The notes: a model not told the origin generated them from the letters alone. A DNA stretch of 32,000 nt from Coprobacillaceae bacterium (GCA_963675915.1 OY780959.1:2250001-2282000); one strand, 5' to 3'; shown: positions 8,572-20,770, counted from the first letter of the stretch. Translations and numbers: made by a program.

Positions 8572-8638
8572 GGTTTTTAGTTTTTTTACAAATTAAGATG
8601 TCAAAATTTTAATTTGAATAAATTTTTAAAAAAATCGG

Positions 8639-8667
8639 TTGACTTTTTCCACCGGTCCATATATCAT
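8639..8667 (+). promoter_or_regulatory. sigma-A promoter of the BCAA operon leader
   Basis: TTGACT (8639-8644), 17-nt spacer, TATCAT (8662-8667). An A/T-rich UP-like tract lies immediately upstream. Confidence 0.6.
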
Positions 8668-8689
8668 GTTTTTAACGACTAAAACACAT

Positions 8690-8951
8690 TGAGAGGAAAT
8701 AGTAAATATTCTTTAATGCTTAGAGAGAATCTGGTTGGTGTAAAGATTCGTGAGAAGACTATTGAACTCGTCCTGGAGTGGAGAGGCTGAAACCGCAGTA
8801 AGCCACTACGCATAGCTAGCGTTAAAAAGCCAAGGTATTGTTATACCTACTGAGATTGATATCGTGAGATATTAATGAATCGAGGTGGAACCACGAAGTT
8901 TAATGCTCTCGTCCTCAAAACAATTTTGTTTTGTGTGCGAGAGTTTTTTTT
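8690..8951 (+). promoter_or_regulatory. T-box riboswitch leader, Leu (CUC) specifier
   Basis: Stem I has an AGAGAG bulge and a distal GAATCT/AGATTC helix (8727-8732/8744-8749) capped by the loop GGTTGGTGTAA. The specifier loop reads ...GAA-CTC-G (CTC 8767-8769) and is closed by AGGA/TCCT. T-box core aatcgaGGTGGAACCACG at 8878-8895. An overlapping terminator follows. Confidence 0.8.
8906..8951 (+). terminator. T-box attenuator terminator
   Basis: ctctcg...cgagag outer stem (8906-8911 / 8938-8943) with inner aaaacaa/ttgtttt pairing, followed by T8 (8944-8951). Confidence 0.75.
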
Positions 8952-8975
8952 ATCAAGATAAAGGAGTAAAATTAT

Positions 8976-10655
8976 ATGATGAACTACAAGAAGTACAAAC
9001 GCTTTGAACCAGTGAAATTGACAAACCGAACTTGGCCGGACAAGATAATTGAAAAAGCGCCAAAATGGGTATCGGTTGATTTACGGGATGGAAATCAGGC
9101 GTTAGTGACACCGATGAAAATAGAAGAAAAAGTGGAAATGTTCCAATTATTGGTGGATATGGGATTCAAAGAAATCGAAGTTGGATTCCCGTCTTCATCA
9201 CAGATTGAATATGATTTTTTGAGATTACTGGTTGACGAAAACCTGGTACCTGAAGATGTTACTGTTCAAGTTCTGACTCAGGCAAGAGAACATCTGATCA
9301 GAAAGACATTCGATGCTTTAAACGGATTGCCTAAAGCAATTGTTCATATCTACAACTCGACCTCAACGCTTCAAAGAGACGTGGTGTTTGGAAAAACAAT
9401 GGATGAAATCAAACAAATCGCCATTGAAGGAACCCAATTGGTGAAAGAACTTGCTGATGAATTCTCAGGTGAAGTTATTCTTGAATATTCTCCTGAAAGC
9501 TTCACTGGTACCGAACTGGATTATGCGGTTGAAGTATGTGAGGCGGTAATGGATACTTGGGGCGCTTCAAAAGACAGGAAAGTTATCATCAATCTTCCAT
9601 CTACTGAAGAAAAATCAACTCCGAATGTTTATGCTGATCAAATCGAGTACATGTGCAAAGCATTCAGTGACCGTGAACGGGTTATCGTTTCACTGCATAC
9701 TCACAATGACCGTGGGACTGGAGTCGCTGCAAGCGAACTTGGAATCATGGCCGGAGCTGATCGGGTTGAGGGGACATTGTTCGGAAACGGTGAAAGAACC
9801 GGGAATGTCGATATCGTCAATCTGGCTTTGAATCTTTTCTCTCAAGGCGTCGACCCTGAACTTGATGTCAGCAATATCAATGAAATCAAACGAGTCTTTG
9901 AGAAAGTGACAAAAATGGAAGTTGGTCCTCGTCATCCATATGCCGGGAAACTGGTCTTCACAGCATTCAGCGGATCGCATCAGGATGCCATCAATAAAGG
10001 GATGCGCAAATATCAAGAACGTCATAACCAATATTGGGAAGTTCCTTATCTTCCGGTTGATCCAAGTGATTTGGGAAGAGCATACGAACCGATTGTCAGG
10101 ATCAATTCCCAATCCGGAAAAGGTGGAATTGCCTTCGTCCTGGAAAGCATGTATGGCTATCATCTGCCTCGCGGACTGCAAATCGATTTTGCCAAATTGA
10201 TCCAAGACATTTCCGAAGTTGAAGGTGAGGTTTCACCGGAGCGGGTATATGACACTTTCGTCAACAACTATGTTGAAAACACTAGTCCTTATAAATTCGT
10301 ATCACAGAAATTGATTGATATTTCAAGTGAAGGTGAATATGAGCGTAAAGCTATCGTTGTGATCACTAAAAATGGTGAGAGAATTGAATTGACTGGCTAT
10401 GGAAATGGTCCGATCAATGCAGCGAAAGATGCTTTAAACAAAATCGGTGACCTTTATGCTCACCTGGTGGATTACAGCGAACACGCCCTTACTTCGGGGT
10501 CTTCGTCTAATGCAGCATCATATGTGCTGTTACGCGAAAAAGGTTCGGCGAATCAGGAGTACGGAGTCGGAGTTCATCCGAATATTGCCACAGCAACAAC
10601 AATGGCAATAATTTCCGCATTAAATCGCCTTTATCAAACTAGAAAAGGAGAATAG
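8976..10655 (+). CDS. leuA: 2-isopropylmalate synthase (long, ~560-aa form)
   Basis: 559 aa. N-terminus ...RTWPDKIIEKAPKWVSVDLRDGNQAL and HTHNDRGTGVA metal-site motif. A C-terminal regulatory domain is present. AAGGAG RBS lies 9 nt upstream. Confidence 0.92.
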   Translation: MMNYKKYKRFEPVKLTNRTWPDKIIEKAPKWVSVDLRDGNQALVTPMKIEEKVEMFQLLVDMGFKEIEVGFPSSSQIEYDFLRLLVDENLVPEDVTVQVLTQAREHLIRKTFDALNGLPKAIVHIYNSTSTLQRDVVFGKTMDEIKQIAIEGTQLVKELADEFSGEVILEYSPESFTGTELDYAVEVCEAVMDTWGASKDRKVIINLPSTEEKSTPNVYADQIEYMCKAFSDRERVIVSLHTHNDRGTGVAASELGIMAGADRVEGTLFGNGERTGNVDIVNLALNLFSQGVDPELDVSNINEIKRVFEKVTKMEVGPRHPYAGKLVFTAFSGSHQDAINKGMRKYQERHNQYWEVPYLPVDPSDLGRAYEPIVRINSQSGKGGIAFVLESMYGYHLPRGLQIDFAKLIQDISEVEGEVSPERVYDTFVNNYVENTSPYKFVSQKLIDISSEGEYERKAIVVITKNGERIELTGYGNGPINAAKDALNKIGDLYAHLVDYSEHALTSGSSSNAASYVLLREKGSANQEYGVGVHPNIATATTMAIISALNRLYQTRKGE

Positions 10656-10657
10656 TT

Positions 10658-12204
<1,547 letters not shown>

Positions 12205-12210
12205 AATATG

Positions 12211-12257
12211 CAACACACTTTTGTGTGTTGTTAGTGGGGAGTAAGTTTTACTCCCCA
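12211..12257 (+). other. two tandem perfect RNA hairpins without U-tract (intra-operon)
   Basis: caacacac-tttt-gtgtgttg (12211-12230) and tggggagtaa-gtt-ttactcccca (12235-12257). Neither is followed by a T-run. Confidence 0.7.
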
Positions 12258-12289
12258 GTAGTAACCCACAAAAAAGGAGGAAAATATTA

Positions 12290-13564
12290 ATGGGAATGAC
12301 CATGTCACAAAAAATCCTAGCAAAACATGCCGGATTAGATAATGTAGTAGCTGGACAGCTAATTGAGGCGAAATTAGATGTCGTCATGGCTAACGATATA
12401 ACTGGGCCTATGGCTTTACCGATTTTCAGAGAAATGGCTGATCAAGTCTTCGATACTGAAAAAGTAGTTCTGGTCCCAGACCACTTCACACCGGCTAAAG
12501 ATATCAAGTCGGCTCAAAACGCAAAAGATGTCCGCGAATTTTCACACCAACAATGTCTGAAAAATTACTTCGAAATTGGACAAATGGGGATCGAACATGC
12601 CCTCTTGCCCGAAAAAGGAATCGTGGCTGCCGGGGAACTTATAATCGGTGCTGACAGTCATACTTGTACATATGGTGCTTTAGGTGCCTTCTCCACAGGG
12701 GTTGGGACTACTGACATCGCAACAGGAATGGCGGTTGGAGAACTTTGGTTCAAAGTCCCATCGGCAATCAAGTTTGTTTTAACAGGAAAACCACAAGAAT
12801 TTGTATCAGGTAAAGATATCATTTTACATATCATTACAAAAATCGGAGTTGATGGTGCGCTTTACAAATCAATGGAATTTGTAGGGGATGGCATCAAGAA
12901 TCTTTCAATGGATGACCGTTTCACTATGGCCAACATGGCAATTGAAGCCGGAGCGAAAAACGGAATCTTCGAAGTTGATGATATAACCATCGATTACCTT
13001 GACAAACATACCAAAAAAGAATACGAAGTATTCAAAGCTGATGAAGATGCTGAATATGAACAAGTGATCGAAATCGATTTGGCGGCGATTCGTCCAACTG
13101 TTGCTTTCCCACACCTTCCAGGAAACGGGAAAACAATCGATGAAGTCGAAGCAATGGATAAAATCTTCATCGATCAGGTCGTAATCGGATCTTGTACCAA
13201 TGGTCGTCTTGAAGACTTACGTCGCGCAGCGAAAATTTTCAAAGGACATAAGGTTAATGAAAATGTCCGCGTGATTGTCGTTCCGGCGACTCAAAAAATC
13301 TATCTTCAATGTGTAATGGAAGGATTGACAGAAATATTTGTCAATGCCGGATGTACATTCAATACTCCTAGCTGCGGACCTTGTATGGGTGGACACATGG
13401 GTGTTCTGGCTGCTGGAGAAAAATGTGTCTCTACGACCAACCGTAACTTCGTCGGACGGATGGGGCATACTGAATCATTGATTTATTTAGCTTCTCCGGA
13501 AACAGCTGCTGCCAGCGCTATTGCCGGATATATTGCGAACCCTGAAAAAGTGGAGGTAATGTAG
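12290..13564 (+). CDS. leuC: 3-isopropylmalate dehydratase large subunit (short, ~420-aa type)
   Basis: 424 aa. Aconitase-family Fe-S ligand motifs ([21 protein letters not shown]). GGAGG RBS lies 9 nt upstream. Confidence 0.92.
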   Translation: MGMTMSQKILAKHAGLDNVVAGQLIEAKLDVVMANDITGPMALPIFREMADQVFDTEKVVLVPDHFTPAKDIKSAQNAKDVREFSHQQCLKNYFEIGQMGIEHALLPEKGIVAAGELIIGADSHTCTYGALGAFSTGVGTTDIATGMAVGELWFKVPSAIKFVLTGKPQEFVSGKDIILHIITKIGVDGALYKSMEFVGDGIKNLSMDDRFTMANMAIEAGAKNGIFEVDDITIDYLDKHTKKEYEVFKADEDAEYEQVIEIDLAAIRPTVAFPHLPGNGKTIDEVEAMDKIFIDQVVIGSCTNGRLEDLRRAAKIFKGHKVNENVRVIVVPATQKIYLQCVMEGLTEIFVNAGCTFNTPSCGPCMGGHMGVLAAGEKCVSTTNRNFVGRMGHTESLIYLASPETAAASAIAGYIANPEKVEVM

Positions 13565-14053
13565 ATGAGTAAAGTTTACAAATACGGTGATAACGTCGAT
13601 ACCGACGTAATTATCCCCGCTCGTTATTTAAATTCATTTGATGCAAAAGAACTTGCCAGCCATGCGATGGTGGATATTGATCCTGATTTCGCTAAGACAG
13701 TTGAGCAAGGTGACTTTATCGTTGCCGGGAAGAACTTCGGGTGCGGTTCAAGCCGTGAACATGCCCCGCTATGTCTAAAAACAGCTGGAGTTCAATGTGT
13801 GATTGCGAAATCATTCGCAAGAATCTTCTTCCGTAATTCAATCAACATCGGATTCCCGATTCTTGAATGCGAAGAAGCAAGCAATGATATCGAAGCCAAC
13901 GATGAAATCAGCGTTGACTTTAAAACTGGTGTGATCACCAATCATACCAAAAACAAAACTTACCAAGCACAACCATTCCCTCCGTTCCTGCAAAAAATGA
14001 TTGAGTTGGACGGACTGGTAAACTATGTTCGTGCCAAAAAAAGAGGTCAGTAA
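13565..14053 (+). CDS. leuD: 3-isopropylmalate dehydratase small subunit (short type)
   Basis: 162 aa. Swivel-domain motif [14 protein letters not shown]. Starts directly after the leuC stop. Confidence 0.92.
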   Translation: MSKVYKYGDNVDTDVIIPARYLNSFDAKELASHAMVDIDPDFAKTVEQGDFIVAGKNFGCGSSREHAPLCLKTAGVQCVIAKSFARIFFRNSINIGFPILECEEASNDIEANDEISVDFKTGVITNHTKNKTYQAQPFPPFLQKMIELDGLVNYVRAKKRGQ

Positions 14054-15141
14054 TGGAAGCAAATATAGCAGTAATCAAAGGTGATGGAATCGGTCCTGAA
14101 ATAGTCAATGAGGCTATGAAAGTACTGAATGCCATCTCTGAAAAATATAATCATCAATTCAATTTCACTGAAATCCTGATGGGAGGAGCTTCAATTGATG
14201 CTCACGGAGTCCCTTTGACAGATGAAGCATTGGAAATAGCCAAATCAAGCGAGGCGGTCTTGTTGGGATCAATTGGTGGCGATACCAACACCTCACCTTG
14301 GTACAAGCTGGAACCCCAACTTCGTCCTGAAGCTGGATTGCTTAAAATCCGTAAGGAACTGGGATTGTTTGCCAATCTTAGACCGGCTTATCTGTATCCT
14401 CAATTGGCCAATGCCTGTCCAATCAAACCGGAGTTGATCGAAGGTGGATTCGACATGATGATCATGAGGGAACTTACCGGTGGTCTGTACTTTGGACAAC
14501 GTTCGACGGAAGTCGAAGACGGGCAGTTGGTTGCACGTGATGCTATGAGTTACAGCGAAAGTGAAATTCGTCGAATTGCCTACCGGGCTTTCGATATCGC
14601 CAGACTGAGAAACAATAAAGTTACCTCGGTTGATAAAGCAAATGTCTTGGATACTTCAAGATTATGGCGTAAAGTAGTAAATGAGGTAGCTGAAGAATAT
14701 AAAGATGTCGATCTTGAACATATGTTGGTCGACAACTGTGCGATGCAGCTGGTAAAAAATCCTAAACAGTTCGATGTCATTTTGACTGAAAACATGTTTG
14801 GAGATATTTTGTCGGATGAGGCTAGTATGATCACGGGATCGATCGGGATGCTGTCAAGCGCCAGCTTGCGCGAAGACAAATTCGGAATGTATGAACCATC
14901 ACATGGTTCGGCACCAGATATCGCCGGACAAGACAAGGCTAATCCAATTGCCACTATTTTATCGGCGGCAATGATGCTTCGCTATACATTTAATTTAGTT
15001 GATGAAGCCAATGAAATCGAACAATCGATAAACAAAGTATTGGAACAAGGCTACCGAACTATCGATATTATTTCTGAAGGTTGTCAAGAGGTAAGCTGTC
15101 ATCAAATGGGTGATTTAATAGTTGAAAATTTAGGAGAATAA
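14053..15141 (+). CDS. leuB: 3-isopropylmalate dehydrogenase
   Basis: 362 aa. [18 protein letters not shown] and [13 protein letters not shown]...GSAPDIAG motifs. TAATG overlap with leuD. Confidence 0.95.
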   Translation: MEANIAVIKGDGIGPEIVNEAMKVLNAISEKYNHQFNFTEILMGGASIDAHGVPLTDEALEIAKSSEAVLLGSIGGDTNTSPWYKLEPQLRPEAGLLKIRKELGLFANLRPAYLYPQLANACPIKPELIEGGFDMMIMRELTGGLYFGQRSTEVEDGQLVARDAMSYSESEIRRIAYRAFDIARLRNNKVTSVDKANVLDTSRLWRKVVNEVAEEYKDVDLEHMLVDNCAMQLVKNPKQFDVILTENMFGDILSDEASMITGSIGMLSSASLREDKFGMYEPSHGSAPDIAGQDKANPIATILSAAMMLRYTFNLVDEANEIEQSINKVLEQGYRTIDIISEGCQEVSCHQMGDLIVENLGE

Positions 15142-15143
15142 CA

Positions 15144-16814
15144 ATGAAAAGCGATAATATAAAAGTCGGGACTGAAAGAGCCCCACACCGTTCATTGCTT
15201 AAAGCTGATGGTTTTGTTGAAGAGGAAATGTCACGTCCGTTAATCGGAGTCGTAAGTTCTTTTAACGAAATCGTTCCAGGACATATTAATTTGGATAAAA
15301 TTGCCGAAGCAGTCAAAAAAGGAGTCTATCTTGCAGGTGGAGTTCCTGTTGAAGTTCCAGCAATTGCTGTCTGCGACGGGATTGCAATGAACCATACCGG
15401 GATGAAATATTCTTTGGTTACCAGAGAATTGGTTGCCGACAGTACTGAATGTTTGGCTACTGCGCATCAATTTGATGGATTGGTAATGATTCCAAACTGT
15501 GATAAAAACGTGCCTGGTCTGTTGATGGCTGCGGCTCGGGTAAATATTCCTACCATTTTCGTATCTGGTGGACCAATGTTGGCGGGTAGAATGAGTGATG
15601 GTTGCAAAACTTCATTGTCATCTGTCTTTGAAGCTGTAGGACAATTCAATGCCGGAAAAATCGATTTGGCAAAATTGGAAGAATATGAAGAAAAAGCATG
15701 TCCATCATGCGGTTCTTGTTCGGGAATGTTCACTGCCAACTCAATGAACTGTCTGACTGAAGCTTTGGGAATGGGACTTCGTGGAAACGGAACTATCCCT
15801 GGAGTTTATTCAGCAAGAATCCGTCTGGCTAAAAAAGCCGGAATCCAAATTGTGGATTTGATTAAGAAAAATATCCGTCCATTGGACATCATGACTGAAG
15901 AAGCTTTCCAAAATGCTTTGACTGTCGATATGGCTCTTGGTTGTTCAACCAACTCAATGCTTCATTTACCTGCTATCGCATATGAAGCAGGGGTTAAACT
16001 TGATCTGGAAATCGCCAATGAAGTATCAGGAAGAACTCCGAACTTATGTCATCTGGCTCCAGCTGGAAACATCTACATGGAAGATCTTCAAGAAGCTGGT
16101 GGGGTTTATGCGGTCATGAACGAATTGGCTAAAAAAGACCTGCTTAATCTGGATCTGATGACTGTTACAGGAAAAACAATGGGCGAAAACATTGCCGGAT
16201 GTTACAATACAAATCCGGAAGTAATCCGTCCAATCGAAAATCCATATAGTGAAATCGGAGGAATTGCCGTACTTAAAGGTAACTTGGCTCCTGATGGATC
16301 AGTAGTAAAACAATCGGCTGTTGCACCAGAAATGATGCAACATACCGGACCTGCTCGGGTATTTGACTGCGAAGAAGATGCAATCGCTGCAATCAGAGCC
16401 GGTAAAATTGTTAAAGGTGATGTCGTGGTAATCCGTTATGAAGGACCTAAAGGTGGTCCGGGAATGCGCGAAATGCTTTCACCTACAAGTGAAATTGCCG
16501 GAATGGGATTGGACAAAGACGTTGCTCTGATCACTGACGGTCGATTCTCAGGGGCTACCCGTGGTGCCAGCTTGGGACATATCTCTCCTGAAGCGGCTAC
16601 TGGTGGACCAATCGCTTTCGTCGAAGAAGGTGACATGATCACTGTTGACATCGTCAACCATCGTCTGGATGTGGATGTCAGCGAAGCAGAATTTGCAAAA
16701 AGAAAAGAAAACTGGGTTCCAAAAGAACCTAAAATCAAAAAAGGTTACTTAGTTAGATATGCAGAGCAGGCAACTTCGGCTGCCACTGGTGCAATCTTAA
16801 AAGCAAAAAAATAA
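15144..16814 (+). CDS. ilvD: dihydroxy-acid dehydratase
   Basis: 556 aa. IlvD/Edd family blocks ([48 protein letters not shown]). Confidence 0.95.
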   Translation: MKSDNIKVGTERAPHRSLLKADGFVEEEMSRPLIGVVSSFNEIVPGHINLDKIAEAVKKGVYLAGGVPVEVPAIAVCDGIAMNHTGMKYSLVTRELVADSTECLATAHQFDGLVMIPNCDKNVPGLLMAAARVNIPTIFVSGGPMLAGRMSDGCKTSLSSVFEAVGQFNAGKIDLAKLEEYEEKACPSCGSCSGMFTANSMNCLTEALGMGLRGNGTIPGVYSARIRLAKKAGIQIVDLIKKNIRPLDIMTEEAFQNALTVDMALGCSTNSMLHLPAIAYEAGVKLDLEIANEVSGRTPNLCHLAPAGNIYMEDLQEAGGVYAVMNELAKKDLLNLDLMTVTGKTMGENIAGCYNTNPEVIRPIENPYSEIGGIAVLKGNLAPDGSVVKQSAVAPEMMQHTGPARVFDCEEDAIAAIRAGKIVKGDVVVIRYEGPKGGPGMREMLSPTSEIAGMGLDKDVALITDGRFSGATRGASLGHISPEAATGGPIAFVEEGDMITVDIVNHRLDVDVSEAEFAKRKENWVPKEPKIKKGYLVRYAEQATSAATGAILKAKK

Positions 16815-16826
16815 GGAGGAGAAATT

Positions 16827-18503
16827 ATGGAATTGAATGGTTCAGATATCATAATTCAATGCTTGCTAGAACAGGGCGTTGATACAGTTTTCGGTTACCC
16901 CGGTGGAGCAATCCTGAACGTCTATGATAGTCTATATAAGAATTCCGATAAAATCAATCATATATTGACTTCTCACGAACAAGGTGCATCCCACGCTGCT
17001 GACGGTTATGCTCGTGCCAGCGGTAAAGTTGGAGTTTGTTTTGCAACATCGGGACCAGGGGCAACAAACCTGGTTACCGGAATTGCTACAGCATTTTTGG
17101 ATTCGGTTCCATTGGTTGCAATCACTTGTAACGTTGGACGGTCTTTACTTGGTAAAGACAGTTTCCAGGAAATTGACATCACTGGTGTGACAATGCCGAT
17201 CACAAAGCATAATTTCATTGTAAAAGATGCCAAAAATCTGGCTAAAACGATCCGTCAGGCATTCTACATTGCTGCTGAAGGTCGTCCAGGTCCGGTTTTG
17301 ATTGATATTACTAAAAACGCTACTGCAGAAATCGCTGAATACGAACCGGTGCAACCGGAATTCATCGATTCACGAGGATATACATACTCACCAGAAGATA
17401 TCGAAGAAGCAGTTTCAATGATCAAAGCTGCCAGCAAACCGATGCTTTTCGTAGGTGGTGGTGCGGTAATCGCCGGTGCCAATGAAGAATTATTGGAATT
17501 CGCCAATAAAATCGATGCACCGGTAAGTGATACTCTGATGGCCAAAGGGGCTTATGATACAACCAGACCTCGTTATACTGGGATGGTTGGAATGCATGGT
17601 ACCAAAGCCAGCAATTTGGGAGTTACGCGATGCGACCTGCTGATTGCAGTTGGGTGCCGTTTCTCGGACCGGGTATTGGGTAATGCGCGAAAATTCGCTG
17701 AGAATGCCAAAATAATCCAAATTGACGTCGATGCAGCTGAAATCAACAAGAACATTCTGGTTGATTTGGGAATTGTCGGAGATGCCAAAAGAATTTTAAA
17801 AGAACTTAATTCACGTCTGGAACAGCTTAACCATCCTCAATGGATGAAAGAAATCCGTGACTTGAAAGAAAACTTCCCGATGACATATCCAGAAGGATTG
17901 ACTGGTCCGTATGTTGTTGAAAAAGTAAGTGAAATGACTAATAATGATGCGATTGTCGTAACTGACGTTGGTCAACATCAAATGTGGGCTGCGCAGTTTT
18001 ACAAATTCAGATTCCCACGTCAATTACTGACTTCCGGTGGTCTGGGTACCATGGGTTACGGATTGGGTGCCGCTTTAGGGGCTCAAATGGCCAAACCGAA
18101 TAAAACAGTTGTCAACTTTGCTGGTGATGGATGTTTCAGAATGAATCTCCACGAATTGGCTACTGCAAGCCGCTATAATATTCCAATCATTGAAATCGTT
18201 CTTAACAATGAAGTGTTGGGAATGGTACGTCAATGGCAGGATCTGTTCTATGAACAACGCTATTCGGCTACGGTACTTTCTGACAAAGTGGATTTCTGCA
18301 AGGTTTCCGAAGGTCTTGGATGCAAAGCGTTCAAGGTTGAAACCAAAGAAGAATTCGAGGCGGCTTTCCAAGCGGCTTTGGACCATGAAGGACCGGTAGT
18401 AATCGAATGTATGATTGACAAAGACGACAAAGTATGGCCGATGGTTGCCCCAGGTAAACCGATTGCCCAATGCTTTGACAAGAAAGATTTAGATTGTCGA
18501 TAA
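16827..18503 (+). CDS. ilvB: acetolactate synthase large (catalytic) subunit, biosynthetic type
   Basis: 558 aa. ThDP enzyme blocks (GYPGGAIL, HEQGASHAADGYAR, GPGATNLVTG, GLGTMGYGLGAALGAQ, GDGCFRMN). AAGGAGG RBS. Confidence 0.93.
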   Translation: MELNGSDIIIQCLLEQGVDTVFGYPGGAILNVYDSLYKNSDKINHILTSHEQGASHAADGYARASGKVGVCFATSGPGATNLVTGIATAFLDSVPLVAITCNVGRSLLGKDSFQEIDITGVTMPITKHNFIVKDAKNLAKTIRQAFYIAAEGRPGPVLIDITKNATAEIAEYEPVQPEFIDSRGYTYSPEDIEEAVSMIKAASKPMLFVGGGAVIAGANEELLEFANKIDAPVSDTLMAKGAYDTTRPRYTGMVGMHGTKASNLGVTRCDLLIAVGCRFSDRVLGNARKFAENAKIIQIDVDAAEINKNILVDLGIVGDAKRILKELNSRLEQLNHPQWMKEIRDLKENFPMTYPEGLTGPYVVEKVSEMTNNDAIVVTDVGQHQMWAAQFYKFRFPRQLLTSGGLGTMGYGLGAALGAQMAKPNKTVVNFAGDGCFRMNLHELATASRYNIPIIEIVLNNEVLGMVRQWQDLFYEQRYSATVLSDKVDFCKVSEGLGCKAFKVETKEEFEAAFQAALDHEGPVVIECMIDKDDKVWPMVAPGKPIAQCFDKKDLDCR

Positions 18504-18510
18504 AAACCAA

Positions 18511-18541
18511 GGTCATCTCGAGAGAGGTGGCCTTTTATTTT
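18511..18541 (+). terminator. rho-independent terminator of the BCAA operon
   Basis: ggtcatctc-gaga-gaggtggcc (9-bp stem including 2 G-U pairs, 18511-18532) followed by ttttatttt. Confidence 0.75.
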
Positions 18542-18544
18542 GAG

Positions 18545-18578
18545 TTTAGTGGTTATTTCCCGGGAAATAACCACTAAA
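18545..18578. repeat. perfect 34-bp palindrome TTTAGTGGTTATTTCCC|GGGAAATAACCACTAAA
   Basis: Read directly from the sequence: two 17-nt arms with no spacer and no mismatch. It is not followed by a T-run on either strand. Confidence 0.9.
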
Positions 18579-18752
18579 CCCACGATTAAAATGACAATAG
18601 TTCCCGTTTTATTCAGGGAAAAAACATTGGAATAATCTTAGGAAATCAGGGAATTGAACCTATTTTCAGGTGCGGTTGATGTCACGGGAACAAATTAAAT
18701 CGGGATATGCCAAATATATGTGGAAAAACGTCGTTTTTGGCCAATTATGCCG

Positions 18753-18781
18753 TTGAAATGTACAATTTGTCGTGATATAAT
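18753..18781 (+). promoter_or_regulatory. sigma-A promoter of pgk-tpiA
   Basis: TTGAAA (18753-18758), 17-nt spacer, TGaTATAAT (TATAAT 18776-18781). GGAGGA RBS at 18791-18796. Confidence 0.65.
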
Positions 18782-18805
18782 TCACTACATGGAGGACTTA
18801 ATATA

Positions 18806-19990
18806 ATGGATAAGAAAACAATCAAAGATATTGAAGTTGCTGGTAAAACAGTATTATGCCGTGTTGACTTCAACGTACCAAGAAGTAAAGATACTGGAGA
18901 AATTACAAACGACAACCGTGTGGTTGCTGCTTTGCCTACAATTAACTATTTAATTGAACAAGGGCCTAAAGCTATCGTATTATTCTCTCACTTAGGGAAA
19001 GTAAAAACTGAAGAAGACAAAGCTAAAAATGATATGGCTGTTGTAGCTCCTTGCCTGGAAAAACATTTAGGTAAATCAGTTAAATTCGTAAACGCTACTC
19101 GTGGAGAAGAATTAGAAACTGCTGTTAAAGAAGCTACTGATGCTCAAGTAATCTTAGTGCAAAACACTCGTTATGAAGCTGGAGAATCTAAAAATGATCC
19201 TGAATTAGGAAAATACTGGGCTTCATTAGGTGATGTTTTTGTTGAAGATGCATTCGGTTCAGTTCACCGTGCTCATGCGTCTACTGCTGGAATCCCTGCT
19301 CACTTACCAAGTGCTGCTGGTTTCTTAGTTGAAAAAGAAATCGCTTATATCGGGAAAGCTGTCAATGATCCAGAAAGACCATTGGTTGCAATCTTAGGTG
19401 GGGCTAAAGTTTCTGATAAAATCGGAGTAATCGAAAACTTATTGAACGTTGCTGACAAAATCATCGTTGGTGGAGGTATGTGCTATACTTTCGCTAAAGC
19501 AATGGGACATGAAGTTGGTTCTTCATTATTAGAAGAAGACAAAATTGAAATGGCAAAATCTTTCATTGAAAAAGGTGAAGGAAAACTTATCTTACCAATC
19601 GATTCAATCTGTTCAGACAAATTCGGTGTTGATGGAGACATCAAACCATGTGGTGAAGACGTACCTGAAGGATATATGGGATTGGATATTGGTCCTAAAT
19701 CAATCGAATTATTCACAGAAGCATTACAAGGTGCTAAAACTGTAATCTGGAATGGTCCAATGGGTGTATTCGAAATGGAACCATTCTCAAAAGGAACTAT
19801 CGCAGTATGTGAAGCATTAGCTAACTTGGAAGGTGCTAACACTATCATCGGTGGTGGAGATTCTGCTGCTGCTGTTATGCAACTTGGATATGCTGATCGT
19901 GTAAGCCACATTTCTACTGGTGGTGGAGCTTCATTGGAATACATGGAAGGTAAAGTTCTTCCAGGTATCGCTGCAATTGATGATAAATAA
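18806..19990 (+). CDS. pgk: phosphoglycerate kinase
   Basis: 394 aa. [23 protein letters not shown] and GGGDSAAA motifs. Strong translational codon bias. Confidence 0.97.
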   Translation: MDKKTIKDIEVAGKTVLCRVDFNVPRSKDTGEITNDNRVVAALPTINYLIEQGPKAIVLFSHLGKVKTEEDKAKNDMAVVAPCLEKHLGKSVKFVNATRGEELETAVKEATDAQVILVQNTRYEAGESKNDPELGKYWASLGDVFVEDAFGSVHRAHASTAGIPAHLPSAAGFLVEKEIAYIGKAVNDPERPLVAILGGAKVSDKIGVIENLLNVADKIIVGGGMCYTFAKAMGHEVGSSLLEEDKIEMAKSFIEKGEGKLILPIDSICSDKFGVDGDIKPCGEDVPEGYMGLDIGPKSIELFTEALQGAKTVIWNGPMGVFEMEPFSKGTIAVCEALANLEGANTIIGGGDSAAAVMQLGYADRVSHISTGGGASLEYMEGKVLPGIAAIDDK

Positions 19991-20015
19991 TAATTAGAAA
20001 AGGATAATAGGAATA

Positions 20016-20759
20016 ATGAGAAAACCAATCGTTGTTGGAAATTGGAAAATGAATAAAACTATCGCTGAAACAAAAGAATTTGTTGCTGCAGTTGATGGTA
20101 AATTAAATGATAAAGCTACTTGGGGTATCGCTACTCCATACTTGGCATTACAAGCTGCAAAAGCTGGTGCTGAAAACTTAGTGATCGCTGCTGAAAACTG
20201 TCACTTCGAAGACAATGGAGCATTCACTGGAGAAATTAGCTGTGATATGTTGAAAGAAATCAACGTTGAATGGGTAATTCTTGGTCACTCTGAAAGAAGA
20301 CAATACTTCGGAGAAACTGATGCAACTGTAAACGCTAAAACTTTAAAAGCTTTGGATAAAGGATTGGCTCCAATCGTATGTGTTGGGGAAACTTTGGAAG
20401 AATACGAAGCTGGTTCAACTAAAGATGTATGCAAAACTCAAACTACTGCTGCATTCAAAGATGTTAAAGCTGAAGATATGGAAAAAGTTGTAATCGCTTA
20501 TGAACCAGTATGGGCTATCGGAACTGGAAAAACTGCTACAAACGAAATCGCTCAAGATGTTTGTGCATATATCCGTAGTGTATTAGCTGATATGTTCACA
20601 ACTGAAGTAGCTGACAAAGTAAGAATCCAATATGGTGGTTCAGTTAAACCTGCAACTATCAAAGAATTATTGGAACAACCTGATATTGATGGTGCCTTAG
20701 TAGGTGGAGCATCTTTGGAAGTTGATTCTTTCTTAGCTATGGTTGAGGCTTTAGCATAA
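20016..20759 (+). CDS. tpiA: triosephosphate isomerase
   Basis: 247 aa. GNWKMN, ILGHSERR, AYEPVWAIGTG and GGASL motifs. Confidence 0.97.
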   Translation: MRKPIVVGNWKMNKTIAETKEFVAAVDGKLNDKATWGIATPYLALQAAKAGAENLVIAAENCHFEDNGAFTGEISCDMLKEINVEWVILGHSERRQYFGETDATVNAKTLKALDKGLAPIVCVGETLEEYEAGSTKDVCKTQTTAAFKDVKAEDMEKVVIAYEPVWAIGTGKTATNEIAQDVCAYIRSVLADMFTTEVADKVRIQYGGSVKPATIKELLEQPDIDGALVGGASLEVDSFLAMVEALA

Positions 20760-20770
20760 TCATTACTTCA

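Noticed and set aside
8572-8638. Search for an intrinsic terminator after ddl.
   Set aside because: I found only A/T-rich sequence with no GC-containing stem. I could not support a terminator call. The tract more plausibly serves as an UP element for the T-box promoter.
18683-18712. Assigning cacGGGAAcaaattaaatCGGGATatg as a CggR operator.
   Set aside because: The half-site spacing (16 nt) and sequence (GGGAA/GGGAT rather than the remembered CGGGAC...TGTC units about 20 nt apart) do not match well. No cggR or gapA gene is nearby. I kept it only as a hypothesis within the broader intergenic finding.
18679-18756. Possible 25-aa small ORF (MSREQIKSGYAKYMWKNVVFGQLCR) with an AGGTG 6 nt upstream, in the ilvB-pgk spacer.
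   Set aside because: It has no convincing promoter and no recognisable family, and its stop overlaps the pgk -35. An ORF this short is expected by chance. It is mentioned only as something ribosome profiling could test.
19483-20028. 181-aa ORF antisense to pgk. Similar long antisense ORFs occur at 27309-27758 (opposite rplJ/rplL), 9690-10205 (opposite leuA), 6252-6695 (opposite murF), 15467-15739 and 16436-16738 (opposite ilvD).
   Set aside because: Each lies entirely inside a well-supported conserved gene on the other strand. Their products are low-complexity (Ser/Pro/Ala/Ile-rich), they have no RBS, and strong codon bias in the sense gene (GCT/GGT/GAA-rich) suppresses stops on the reverse frame. 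I treat them as frame artefacts.
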